Of a stretch of DNA of 50,192 bases, positions 10,565-20,758 are shown one piece after another. The stretch is from the NCBI GenBank assembly GCA_963733675.1, contig CAVTET010000013.1:1-50192 (forward strand), read 5' to 3'. Both the position numbers and the translations under genes were made by a program. Origin of the DNA: an uncultured Methanosarcinaceae archaeon. GTDB lineage: Archaea; Halobacteriota; Methanosarcinia; Methanosarcinales; Methanosarcinaceae. Below the pieces are notes generated by a model. The model had not been told where the DNA came from, made no database searches, and saw nothing but the letters and a program-made list of their open reading frames with translations. Position 1 is the first letter of the stretch; each line of letters opens with the position of its first letter.

Positions 10565-10769
10565 TTGTTTGGAGATAGACACTATTAAAAACAAAAAAAC
10601 AAAATCTACTTGATCAGAATTTCATTTGAATATTTTATAGATAAGTATAAGTATCATATTTATTATATGCTTACGATATGATTTTATTTTATTATAAATA
10701 GTGACTTTATTACAAATGCTTTTTGATTCGTTTGTTTTTTTGTTTTTAATAGTGTCTATCTCCAAACAA
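10565..10769. other. Putative replication origin: perfect 39-bp inverted repeat around a 127-bp AT-rich spacer
   Basis: TTGTTTGGAGATAGACACTATTAAAAACAAAAAAACAAA at 10565-10603, exact reverse complement at 10731-10769, 116 bp upstream of cdc6. Confidence 0.75.
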
Positions 10770-10885
10770 GTAACTTATAATTTTTGTAGTATGAAGTAAT
10801 AGCTAATATTTTTCTTGTTTCTTTGTTTAAAATAGTCATTTATTGTGAAACATTATATAAATACTATTAAAAACAATTTGTCCCT

Positions 10886-12121
10886 ATGATAAATGAACCA
10901 TTAACAAGCTTCGAGCAAATGTTTAAAAAGAAAACGAATCAAATTATTAAGGATGCTTATGTCTTGTCTCTTGATTATCTCCCTACTGCATTAATAGGAA
11001 GGAATGCTGAAGTGAAAAAATTGGTTGAGATGTTCAGTCCATTGGAGTTTAAGGGCTATCCTGCAAATTGTTTTATTTATGGAAAATCTGGATCTGGGAA
11101 AACAGTAACAACGCGATTTTTTATGACTAAGTTATTGGAGATGCTGGAAGAAAGAAAGCACTTAGATCATCCATTAAGATGTGTTTATGTATCCTGTAAA
11201 TCTCACCGTAATTCAAACGCAGTTTTATATGAGATTATTTTACAGATTGATCCGTTAACAGCGATTCCAAGAAAAGGATTTTCTCTTGATTATTATTATT
11301 CTGTGTTATGGGAAATGATAAAAGAAAGAAACATATCTCTTGTAGTGGTTTTAGATGAAATAGATCAGCTAAAACAAACTGATGTTTTATACATGCTTTC
11401 ACGAGCGGGAGAATCTAGACTGTTACCGACTCGTCATTTTATTACTACGGTTGGAGTGTCAAATGACTTACTCTATGATGATAAGTTGGATAGTCGAACT
11501 AAATCATCTATGGGCTTTAAGGATGTAAAGTTTGATCCCTATGATGCCGAACAAATTAGAATGATTCTATATGATAGGGTTAAGTTGGCTTTCTATGAAG
11601 GAGCAATGGCAGAAGAAACAGTGGACTTGTGTGCTGCCATTTCTGCAAGAGTTCATGGTGATGCTAGGCAAGCTATAGATTTGTTAAAGTCTGCAGCCAC
11701 CTATGCTGAAAAGAATGGATTACTTCAGGTTCTCCCTGAACATATAGATAAGGCGTTTGAGATACTAGAAGAAGACACTATATTGTCTTTTGTGGATACA
11801 CTCCCACTTCATGATAAACTCGTTCTGTTGGCTGCTGCAAAACTTATTAATGGTACGAAGGGAACTACTGATTCAGTGAAAGTGATTCAATTATATAATA
11901 AACTCTGCGAAACGATAGAAGAAAAACCACAAGCAAGATCAACTGTTTCAAATAAATTAAGAGAATTCGCCACAATGAATGTTATAAAAGACACACCAAC
12001 GAAAAGGGGAAAAGGGGGTCGTATCGTTCAACTAAATATTGCTCCAAATTCTCTTGAAAACGTTCTTTGCAATGATTACCGGCTTGAAGAACTTGATGAA
12101 TACAGACCGTTAGGTTATTAG
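10886..12121 (+). CDS. cdc6: Cdc6/Orc1 replication initiator
   Basis: Walker A GKSGSGKT, Walker B VVLDEID, sensor-2 GDARQAIDL, C-terminal winged helix. Confidence 0.95.
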   Translation: MINEPLTSFEQMFKKKTNQIIKDAYVLSLDYLPTALIGRNAEVKKLVEMFSPLEFKGYPANCFIYGKSGSGKTVTTRFFMTKLLEMLEERKHLDHPLRCVYVSCKSHRNSNAVLYEIILQIDPLTAIPRKGFSLDYYYSVLWEMIKERNISLVVVLDEIDQLKQTDVLYMLSRAGESRLLPTRHFITTVGVSNDLLYDDKLDSRTKSSMGFKDVKFDPYDAEQIRMILYDRVKLAFYEGAMAEETVDLCAAISARVHGDARQAIDLLKSAATYAEKNGLLQVLPEHIDKAFEILEEDTILSFVDTLPLHDKLVLLAAAKLINGTKGTTDSVKVIQLYNKLCETIEEKPQARSTVSNKLREFATMNVIKDTPTKRGKGGRIVQLNIAPNSLENVLCNDYRLEELDEYRPLGY

Positions 12122-12224
12122 GACATAGAAATTGTCAAAAGTAGATATATTGAATAAAAAATAGTGTGGCTAGTAAAAGGTCATCTAATTAGTGTTTAAT
12201 TGCAATACAATATAACTTGGATTA

Positions 12225-12393
12225 CGGGTCTGAGCGTTGCAAAAATTGACTATTATGGAAATTAAAGTGCATTATGAATCTGGTAGAGAAATACTGTTGG
12301 GATGCACTCACCAACAGTATCTAATTTACTGTATGAGGATTTGTTTGTCTGTTCGACGAAACAATATTTGATTTAATACATTATAAACTTTTT
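12225..12393 (-). ncRNA. Putative sRNA / conserved element, family 2
   Basis: Reverse-complement homolog of 8090-8262 with hairpin ATACTGTTGG...CCAACAGTAT. Confidence 0.45.
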
Positions 12394-12436
12394 CTATAAG
12401 TAGTAGGTATTATAAGTATGAGAGTTGTTTAGGCCA

Positions 12437-12490
12437 ATTATTTCCAAGTGTTCCAGGAGCTCCATATGCTCTATGAGTTCCATAAGTTCC
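12437..12490. repeat. 9-bp-period tandem repeat (x6, inverted copy)
   Basis: Reverse complement reads GGAACTTAT GGAACTCAT AGAGCATAT GGAGCTCCT GGAACACTT GGAAATAAT. Confidence 0.8.
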
Positions 12491-12645
12491 AAGAGTAATA
12501 GCTTAGCAATGTTTTCTTATCACTGATGGAACTTAGGAAATTAGAGATTTTGACATAATTTTATTTTCACTATGTGCATGTTAACAGTATCCATGGCTGT
12601 GCCTTATATACAAGGTGCTCAATGAATTACATCAAATTGTTCGCT

Positions 12646-13325
12646 TTAGAATTGTTCATCTGGGAATTGTCCACCTGGGATTCCGTTTAGGTATTGTTCA
12701 CCTTGGAACAGTCCACCTGGGAATCTTCCGTCTTGGTTTTGTTTACCTGGGTATTGTCCGTTTTGGTTTTGTCCACTTGGGTATTGTCCAGTTTTGTGTT
12801 GTCCAGTTAGCATGGGTTTAGTTTTACCCTGCTGAATAAGAGCTTGATCAATAATTCTTTCAAACCTGTCTTTATTTTCAGCGTTTAATCCAATAATCCT
12901 AGCTTGTGATCTATCTAGAGTACTATTTCCATCGTCATTTATGTAAACGTATTTTCCGTCTTTTGTACCAATAATCACGAAAGCATCAGGAAGGTTGTAC
13001 CCACCAAAATATTTTGCAAGTTCAGGACTCTGATATATATCAATAGACGCGATTGTAGCTTTCCCTTTGTATTCTGCCGCGAGTTTTTCAAGAATAGGTT
13101 TCGTTTGTTGGCATGGTTTACAAGACTGAGCTTTCATCTCTACAAAAACCGGTCCTTTATGCAGAAATGTGTTTATTTGCTCAAGCTGAGTTATTTGCAC
13201 AACACTGTAGTGATCGTACATACTATCGTAAGCATTTACTGCCATTGATGTTACTGATGTTACTAAAAAGATTATCAGTAAAATGCCTAGTATTTTTTTG
13301 TTCTGTCAAAGATTTGTCTATACAT
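12646..13325 (-). CDS. Secreted thioredoxin-fold protein with Gln/Gly pentapeptide tail; leader frameshifted at an A7 run
   Basis: CKPC motif; adding one A at 13293-13299 restores MYRQIFDRTKKILGILLIIFLVTSVTSMAVNA in frame with the 199-aa ORF. Confidence 0.75.
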
Positions 13326-13640
13326 TGTGTACACTTTAAACTTTTTAGCTTTCTTATATTATAACTTTTTTTATCAGATTTTTTATTAAAATACGATCTC
13401 GTCTTTTCTTAGCAAAATCACAAACCGCATTTTTTCAGCATTTCACAGCATTTTTGATTTTATTCCATAGCATATCTATCATTATCCCAAAAATCATCAT
13501 CATCTAGTCATGCATCAGCATTACCAACGTCCAATTAATTGAATTTTTCAAAAAAGGAGGATAGTTTTGGTGGAATTGGTGGTTTAGAGTGTGTACTCAA
13601 AGCTTTAAGTAATCTTAGTGCCAATATCTTTTTAGAGTTT

Positions 13641-14165
13641 ATGAGGATCAAAGTAAGCATAGCTGGACTGGTTTTGATTGATATTGAAGAAAACAATCCA
13701 GATAATTTTACAAAGTTACTTCAATCAATTTCCGAATCATCGGTTACTAAATGTGCTGTGGGAGACAAACTAAAAACTAGTATTCCCACTCCAAAACAGA
13801 CTGGGCCCGAAACAAAAAAGATTGGATTGAATTTTGGCGCAGTTGATCAGGTGACCGCGGATAAGGTGACTACTGACCAGGGAACTGTTGATCTGGAGAC
13901 TGCTGAAAAATGGACCGAAGATATAACTAAATACATCCTGTCCAAAACAAATTATGAGCATGATTTGGGTGAATTAATGGACAATGTGCTTGGGAGACGG
14001 ATTAAAAAGAAAGAAGACCAAAAGTTCTACGACACTTTTCTTAACAAGATTAGACTGGTGCGAAACCGGATCAAACAAAAGGAAAATATTGAGTGGGATT
14101 CTGCCAGAAGGCATTATGGACACGGATCATATCCTTTAATTTACAAAATTAAAAAAATCGAATAA
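13641..14165 (+). CDS. Hypothetical protein
   Basis: Long ORF, first ATG at 13641; co-oriented upstream of the primase-helicase. Confidence 0.6.
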   Translation: MRIKVSIAGLVLIDIEENNPDNFTKLLQSISESSVTKCAVGDKLKTSIPTPKQTGPETKKIGLNFGAVDQVTADKVTTDQGTVDLETAEKWTEDITKYILSKTNYEHDLGELMDNVLGRRIKKKEDQKFYDTFLNKIRLVRNRIKQKENIEWDSARRHYGHGSYPLIYKIKKIE

Positions 14166-14182
14166 TCAATCGTGAATCAATG

Positions 14183-14348
14183 AACGAAAAAGCCTGAGAT
14201 TGTTACCGCAATCTCTAGGCTAGAATTCGTCAAGAGTGCAAATACTCGTAACGATATATTTACTTCAATTAGTACATATCTTTTCTCAGTATTTAAATCT
14301 TAGTGTTAGGTTGTTATTGACGATTTTAGCGCCCAGGCTTTTTCCGTT
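14183..14348. promoter_or_regulatory. Structured intergenic leader (nested inverted repeats)
   Basis: GAAAAAGCCTG/CAGGCTTTTTC, GAGATTG/CAATCTC and GCTAGAATTCGTCAA/TTGACGATTTTAGC pairings. Confidence 0.4.
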
Positions 14349-14366
14349 TGCAAAATTTTATATAAG

Positions 14367-14645
14367 GTGAATTTTATGACAAAAAATATTGCAGAAATGG
14401 AAAAATTTTATCCACCGCTTGAGTATGAGGAGATCGCAATCACTAAAAAACTTTTCAGAATTGCCAGGAAATCAACTGAATCTATACACGATCTTCTGTA
14501 TGTGAAATGGTCTAAAATGGATACGAAAAATGGAGCTGAAAGGTTTCAAAAACTCAGTTCTATAGCTAAAGAAGTCCATAGGTCATTTTTCATAATCACA
14601 GAAAGTGCAAAAGCTTACGAAGCGTTTATGGAAGAGGAGGCCTGA
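14367..14645 (+). CDS. Hypothetical protein
   Basis: 92-aa ORF in the operon-like run before the primase-helicase. Confidence 0.55.
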   Translation: MNFMTKNIAEMEKFYPPLEYEEIAITKKLFRIARKSTESIHDLLYVKWSKMDTKNGAERFQKLSSIAKEVHRSFFIITESAKAYEAFMEEEA

Positions 14646-14869
14646 ATAATGGCCCCGATTCATTTTTTGGTAAATATTTATTCAGAATATGATTCTTTTT
14701 GTGTGAGTAGGTACGTGGGGGTTCAGGTTGTCGAAAGTGCTAAATGATAACGCTTTGCCCTAATAGTGTGACTATTTTTCGATGAGAGTTATGAGGTGAA
14801 AAACGTGAATGTAAGCTCGCTTATCCGCAGGATTCACATATTTGGCAGGGGGAGCAGGAGACTTGGAAA

Positions 14870-17296
14870 ATGGCTATTAATGTAAATGATATGTCTATCA
14901 AAAATGCGGCTAAATACTATGCTTCTTTAGGAGTAATCACGCATCCGTTGCATGGGCCAGATAAAAAGGTTAAAAGCCCTTGCAAACAGCCGATACTCAG
15001 CGAATGGCAAAAACTGGGAATTCCTTTCAGTGATGGAGAGATCGAAAGTAGATATTCTAATGATGGGAATTTGGGATTTATATGCGAAAAAAGATCTGAT
15101 TTAACTGTTTTAGATGTCGATTGGCCTGTTAAAGGAATTTGGGACAATATCTTGAAAGGGGTTGATACAAGCGATTGGGTTAAACAAGATCATACTGGTG
15201 TAAAATGTCATTATTTATTTAGATATTTTGACGATATTAAAGCCAAAACGTATCCTGGGTTGGGATTTGATGTTCTTAGTGACACGATACAGAGAGACCG
15301 GGAAATGGGGGGGCTACAATATATAGGTGGTAATAACTGTGTTGCAGCTCCTTCTACACATCTCGATGGGAATAAGTATCAAATAACTGGAAACATCGAC
15401 AAGCGTCCTGTTATTCCTGGAATAGTGAAAACTCGGATCAATGATGCAATTAAACTTTATAAAGAAATAACTGATAAAATACTCCCAAAATGTAGGCGAT
15501 CATTTCAAAGGTTATATGATGCGCTTTTTATTGACAAAAAACACGAGTTTTATCATAAGACTTCGATTTTTATGGGAGATAAGGAAAATCGGGACAGGCA
15601 TTTACATTTGTGTGCGGAACTGAAAGTAAATGGAGCTACAGATCGGCATCTAGCGCTAATATGTATGATGATATTTGGCGACAGATATGATCCGACTACG
15701 ACAGAAAAAGAGTTACAACAAATTAAACCACTGCCAGCTACAACCGAATCCATTTTAAAAGATCCATATCTCAGTAGGTTCTTTACTGAAAGTGATGGAA
15801 AGACAATAACAGAAAAGCAAGCAAATGGGATATCTAACAAAGGTAAGCCAAAAAAAATAGACGTTCCATTTGACGTGGTGGCAGATAGAATCCAGTGTGA
15901 GTTCCACATTTTCACGATGCGGGATAATAAACAAATATATATTTACTCAAATGGGGTCTACAAAAGCGAAGGGTCTGATGCCATTTTGGACAATCGAGTT
16001 AGGGTTGTACACGATGAAATATATACTGAATATTGGACCCAGAAAAATCCAATGCATGAGCTAACACATATCCCACAAGCAACAACTCGGTACGTCGCTG
16101 AAGTTATCGCATATATTAGGGCGTTCACTTACACTACACGGGAAAGCATTGAAAAAGATCAAAGTAGGTATATAAATCTGAAAAATAAGCTCCTTAATCT
16201 TGAAACGTGGGAATTAGAATCCCACACTCCAGATATAAAATTAATAAGTCAAATCCCCGTAGATCATAACGAAGAAGCAGAATGTCCACTAATTAATAAG
16301 TTTTTCATAGATGTTGTATCAAAGTCTTATGTAGATTTACTATGTGAACTAGCAGGCTATTGTTTAACCACAGACTGTTCTCGTCAGAAAGCATTTTTGT
16401 TATACGGAGATGGCTCTAATGGAAAAAGTGTATTCCTTGCGCTTTTAGAATCGTTTGTAGGTAAAGCTAATACGTCTGCAGAGAGTCTACATAAATTGGA
16501 AAATGACAAATATCGAACTGCCAAGTTATATGGAAAGCTAGTCAATATCTGCAGTGACATTCCCAACTCAAAATTGGAAAAAACAGAAACTTTCAAGAAA
16601 TTGATAAGCGGGCTTGATTTAATCGACGGTGAAAACAAATATCAAGATTCTTTTGTATTTAAAAATACTGCTAAGTTGGTTTTTTCTGCAAATTCTCTAC
16701 CTGAGGTCAAGCGAGACAAGGCTTATTATCGCCGTTGGCAATTGATTCCATTTCCTAACAATTTTGAAGGCGTGACGGCAGACAAACTATTAATTAAAAA
16801 GTTGCAGGCACCAAATGAATTATCTGGTTTTCTGAATTTAGCTCTAGGTGCATTAAAAAGACTAAATCAAAAAGGTGAGTTCACAAACAGTAAATCCATT
16901 GAAGAAACTCAAAAGGAATATGAACTTAATAGTAATCCAATCGCCGCCTTCATGGACCAATGCACAGAACAAGGGAACGTAGACATAGATGCGGTGACAT
17001 TATATGGCATGTATGTTTTATGGGTCAATTATTATGGCAAGAATAAAATTGAGAATAACCAGTTTGCCAAAGAGCTTAAAAAACTTGGATATGAAAATTA
17101 CCGTGAGAATGTGCCAGGATATAACTGTAATAGAAAATCTACTAAGTGGGTTGATATCCGAATCCGTAGTGACATGCAGGACAGGCTAATACCAAAAAAT
17201 GATGATGAAACCGGTCCTATTTATACAGAACTATTGGATGGCGAAAAAACAAACTTGGGACAGGCAGAACAGGCTTTTTTACCATCCCAAACTTAG
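14870..17296 (+). CDS. Prim-Pol primase fused to D5/P4-like SF3 helicase
   Basis: N-terminal NLGFIC...LTVLDVD, HYLF, VAAPSTHLDG; Walker A GDGSNGKS, KLVFSAN, AYYRRW. Confidence 0.92.
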   Translation: MAINVNDMSIKNAAKYYASLGVITHPLHGPDKKVKSPCKQPILSEWQKLGIPFSDGEIESRYSNDGNLGFICEKRSDLTVLDVDWPVKGIWDNILKGVDTSDWVKQDHTGVKCHYLFRYFDDIKAKTYPGLGFDVLSDTIQRDREMGGLQYIGGNNCVAAPSTHLDGNKYQITGNIDKRPVIPGIVKTRINDAIKLYKEITDKILPKCRRSFQRLYDALFIDKKHEFYHKTSIFMGDKENRDRHLHLCAELKVNGATDRHLALICMMIFGDRYDPTTTEKELQQIKPLPATTESILKDPYLSRFFTESDGKTITEKQANGISNKGKPKKIDVPFDVVADRIQCEFHIFTMRDNKQIYIYSNGVYKSEGSDAILDNRVRVVHDEIYTEYWTQKNPMHELTHIPQATTRYVAEVIAYIRAFTYTTRESIEKDQSRYINLKNKLLNLETWELESHTPDIKLISQIPVDHNEEAECPLINKFFIDVVSKSYVDLLCELAGYCLTTDCSRQKAFLLYGDGSNGKSVFLALLESFVGKANTSAESLHKLENDKYRTAKLYGKLVNICSDIPNSKLEKTETFKKLISGLDLIDGENKYQDSFVFKNTAKLVFSANSLPEVKRDKAYYRRWQLIPFPNNFEGVTADKLLIKKLQAPNELSGFLNLALGALKRLNQKGEFTNSKSIEETQKEYELNSNPIAAFMDQCTEQGNVDIDAVTLYGMYVLWVNYYGKNKIENNQFAKELKKLGYENYRENVPGYNCNRKSTKWVDIRIRSDMQDRLIPKNDDETGPIYTELLDGEKTNLGQAEQAFLPSQT

Positions 17297-17486
17297 TATG
17301 ATAATAGCGCACACTCACAATATATAATATATTATAAAGTAAATGAGAGTAAACCAAGCACAAATATCACAATTTCAGAAAACCTGCCAACAAAAGGGAT
17401 CAAGCATGTCCGAACATGTGTTTTTTAGATAACGAGCGCCATAGGACAGGCTTGCAGAACAACCTTGTCAATGTGCCTGTCCTAGA
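17178..17486. repeat. GGACAGGC/GCCTGTCC repeats; putative iterons
   Basis: Copies near 17179, 17257, 17267, 17444 and 17475 across the helicase 3' end. Confidence 0.5.
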
Positions 17487-17727
17487 TCAAAAAGTGATAA
17501 ATTACGAGCAATCTGAAGAAAACAACATTTTAAAAAAAGAGACGAATATCCAGGTATTTAGAACATACTTAAAAAATTTAGTTAAAAATAACTATAATGG
17601 CGTTGTTGAAAGTATCCCTTATTTATAAAACTACTTCAATAGACGTTATCCAGGGTATAACCAGGTATTAGGTTATCAAGATTTGCAAAACGATGCAGAG
17701 AAACTTAATTCGTGGGGCTGGACGTGA
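17416..17727 (+). pseudogene. Small YNGVVE-motif ORF with internal TAA (17626-17628)
   Basis: Continues in frame NYFNRRYPGY...AEKLNSWGWT; homologous to 4484-4804. Confidence 0.5.
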
Positions 17728-17740
17728 TAATCTAATATGC

Positions 17741-17825
17741 AAAAAAGTTGATTTTTGTGAGCTGTAAGGGTGAAATCCCTACAGCTTGATCACTTATCTA
17801 CTCTTGATATTGGGGTGCTGTAGTA
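17741..17825 (-). ncRNA. Putative sRNA, family 1 copy D
   Basis: AAAAGTATATAA promoter, AGCTGTAGGG...CCTTACAGCT hairpin, AATCAACTTTTTT. Confidence 0.55.
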
Positions 17826-18102
17826 AATATAATTAAATTTATTTAATTATATACTTTTATAAATATATTATTCTAATCTAAATGATTTGGTATTAACATT
17901 AGTGGTTCTGATTTCAGAATTATGATAGATGCATCCCTACTAGCAATAATAAATAACTACATCTCAACCCCAAAAGCACGTTTACAATCTCTGTAATAGG
18001 AGAATTGTATTTAATTCCTGAAAATGCCTAGATCGCCCCACAATCGATCCCTGTGTGCTTTATTTAATTGGTTTAGGCGAACAGGCGCACATATAAAATG
18101 TC

Positions 18103-18195
18103 AAAAAAGTTGATCTTGCGAGCTGCAGATGAAGGAAAGCAAATGTCTGCAGCTCGATAGTAGGTATCGTTGCATGAAAGCACTGACACAGTTGA
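18103..18195 (-). ncRNA. Putative sRNA, family 1 copy E
   Basis: CGAGCTGCAGA...TCTGCAGCTCG hairpin, AAGATCAACTTTTTT; 362 bp from copy D. Confidence 0.55.
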
Positions 18196-18884
18196 ATTAT
18201 AAATAAATTTTATTGATTATATATTGTTAGGAATATATTCTCCTAATTTAAACTATTCAGTATTAACATTCTGTAGTCATTATCTCACAAAGTATAAAAG
18301 CTGGAAGCCTTCCTGATACCCAATAAATGACTTAATCTCAGTCTCTGGAGTCTGTTTTAATTTATATTTGATAGTTAAGGTATATGCGGAATTCCCATAT
18401 ACAATATACAAGGGCTATCCTTGATACAGGCCCTTTAGTTGCAATTAATCCTGATACAAAGGCTGATATAGCCTGATACAAGCCAGGTTAGTGGCAACTG
18501 ATGCAGATACATCATGATTCTTATCATCAATTGTTCTTTTACGGAAATACTTCTTCATTAAAACGGTCTCTATTTCATTTTTATCTGCATACAGTAACGT
18601 AAACACAGAATTCTACTATGGTAGATTCGCATCTAGTATCATTTGGCAATAGTTAACTTAACGACAAAGAATATTATAGACTAAACATTGAACCTTCTTT
18701 ATTTATCTCGGAAGGGTAAAACCTAACTTTGAAATCAATTATGCTTTTATATCCCAACTGTCTATAAGACAAAATGTTATCATTTACCATTACCATTGTT
18801 CATTAGTGATTAATTATAAATACTACTAAATCGTATCTAGTAGCGTAGTTTCTTGAAAATTGACAGGCTGGTGGATTGTATAAT

Positions 18885-19109
18885 ATGAAAGGTGGTAAAA
18901 CAAGATTTCAACAGAAATTTACAGAAGATATGTTCTTGAATGCTCTCCAAATTGACAGAATAAGGTCCAGTACAACAATTATGAGTCTAGTAGGATGCAG
19001 CAGGTCTACTGCTAAAAACATGCTTTATAAGCTTGTAAATGAAGGTAAAGTAAATAAAATAGAAATCGAAGGCAACGGTTACGGTTGGCAGAAAGTAAAA
19101 GGTGATTAA
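18885..19109 (+). CDS. Small winged-HTH protein
   Basis: STTIMSLVGCSRSTAKNMLYKLVNEGKV pattern. Confidence 0.7.
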   Translation: MKGGKTRFQQKFTEDMFLNALQIDRIRSSTTIMSLVGCSRSTAKNMLYKLVNEGKVNKIEIEGNGYGWQKVKGD

Positions 19110-19299
19110 AGTGAGTTTGATTGACAGTTACAAACAAGAAATTAATCGTAGGACTAAATTGTAAACATTTAATTGAAAAATTTATCGATTTACTATAGCG
19201 TCTACCGTGCTGCTTTTTGATTTGACTAGAGTCATTTCATTCAAAGGGATCAGTCTGGGAATTAAATCTATCCCTACTTATTTTATTCTAGTGTGATTA

Positions 19300-19425
19300 T
19301 CATTGATCTTTATATTCTTTAAGAGTCGATAGATACTGGTTGATTGAATTTACTGGCGTAATTCCTTCGATTAATTTTTTACCATATACATCGTAAACAT
19401 CTATAGTAATTGTGTCTGTATTCAT
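19300..19425 (-). CDS. 41-aa small protein (MNTDTITIDVYDVYGKKLIEG...)
   Basis: GGGGGTATTGAATG start context; truncated homolog MDTDTILINVYNRYGKKLIL next to sRNA copy A (~2379-2441). Confidence 0.4.
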   Translation of the reverse strand: MNTDTITIDVYDVYGKKLIEGITPVNSINQYLSTLKEYKDQ

Positions 19426-19466
19426 TCAATACCCCCATTATAAGTGATCCATCTGATCTTAGATAC

Positions 19467-19550
19467 CAAAAAGTTGATCTTTGTGAGCTGTAATGGGTAA
19501 AATTCCTACAGCTCGGTCGCATATCTACTTTAGTATTGAAGCTAATACAT
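19467..19550 (-). ncRNA. Putative sRNA, family 1 copy F
   Basis: TATATAA promoter, GAGCTGTA...TACAGCTC hairpin, AAGATCAACTTTTT. Confidence 0.55.
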
Positions 19551-20017
19551 TAATTACCATTAAATTTAATTAATTATATACATTTATGAACCTATAATTC
19601 TAACTCAAATTAATGTAGTATTAACATTACATAGTCCTGATCTCATGCATTATAAAATAGGGAAAGCTATCCATATCCGTCAATAAAAAACTTTATTTCA
19701 GTCTCTATGGCATAAATATAATTTATAACGGCCAAAATTTCTAAACCTACTCAAGAAAATGTCTTAAATTGCTCCAAAATGAATTATTTATGTCTTAATA
19801 ATTCAAAGGCAGGTTATATTAATTGAAAAATAAATCTTATAGTGGTCGAACTATCTAAAATATGAATATATGTGAATATTATATTCGATTTATGTGAAGA
19901 TATATTATTATATATATATATAAATTATTAATTCATATTAATATATATATTTCTTTCACTATTTATATCATAATATTTTTACCTTAGAAAAAATACCTGT
20001 AATAGGGGGGTAAATTA

Positions 20018-20260
20018 ATGATAAGTAAACAAAATTTGTACAAAATAACCATAGCAATAGCTTTAATTTTGATGTTGGTAAGTACTGTAAGTGCATCGAG
20101 ACATGGAAATGGAAATGTAATATTGAAAACCGATTCTTGTACCGGCTTTGTAGATTTCTTAAAATTCCCAGCATGTGGATGCGATGATGACTGCTGTGGA
20201 TGTGGATCTTTCCTGGATCATTGCACAGATCATAAAAATGACAATCGGAATGCTGACTGA
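20018..20260 (+). CDS. Small secreted Cys/Asp-rich peptide
   Basis: YVTN-type signal peptide (MISKQNLYKI...VSA); core contains CGCDDDCCGCG. Confidence 0.7.
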   Translation: MISKQNLYKITIAIALILMLVSTVSASRHGNGNVILKTDSCTGFVDFLKFPACGCDDDCCGCGSFLDHCTDHKNDNRNAD

Positions 20261-20758
20261 ATAGTGATTAACTGATTTTTTTTAATCACTAATTATTTTT
20301 TAATTATTCTTTTCATTTATACTTACATTGTTTGTTTTTGGTTCCTATCTATTTTTGCACATATTCTGTATAATACTAATTTTATCTAATAGCATGACAA
20401 TTATGTAAAATCCGATCCCAAAATCTAAGTAACAGTATCTGATAACATAATTTTTATAATTTTGAAGTAATGTAAATATATGAAAAAAATATCTCGAAGG
20501 TATCTACCGCTATATGGTCGTAAAATCATGGGGATTTAGTTTGTCTAAAAAAAGACTTAACCTGGAGTCACTAGTAAGACTTTTATTGAAAGTTCAATGA
20601 TTATCATTGCCTTTGCAATAAAATGTCTTAAAACGGCGGAGAATGGTTTATTATTGATCTGACATGTATAACCCCTGTCGTTGTGTCAAAGGGAACTAAG
20701 AAAATGTAAATACAATATTCAGTGATAGTTATTTTAAAGAGTAAAAACGGTGTTACAA

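Noticed and set aside
12615-12821. LGIVH-repeat ORF on the plus strand
   Set aside because: Antisense shadow of the thioredoxin's pentapeptide tail.
17785-17820. Complementarity of sRNA copy D (CCCCAATA, ATAAGTGATC) to the RBS region of the 41-aa ORF family
   Set aside because: Only 8-10 nt matches in AT-rich DNA; not distinguishable from chance without computation.
18405-18512. GATACA-containing repeats (about 5 copies)
   Set aside because: Short and irregular, with no associated gene or second occurrence.
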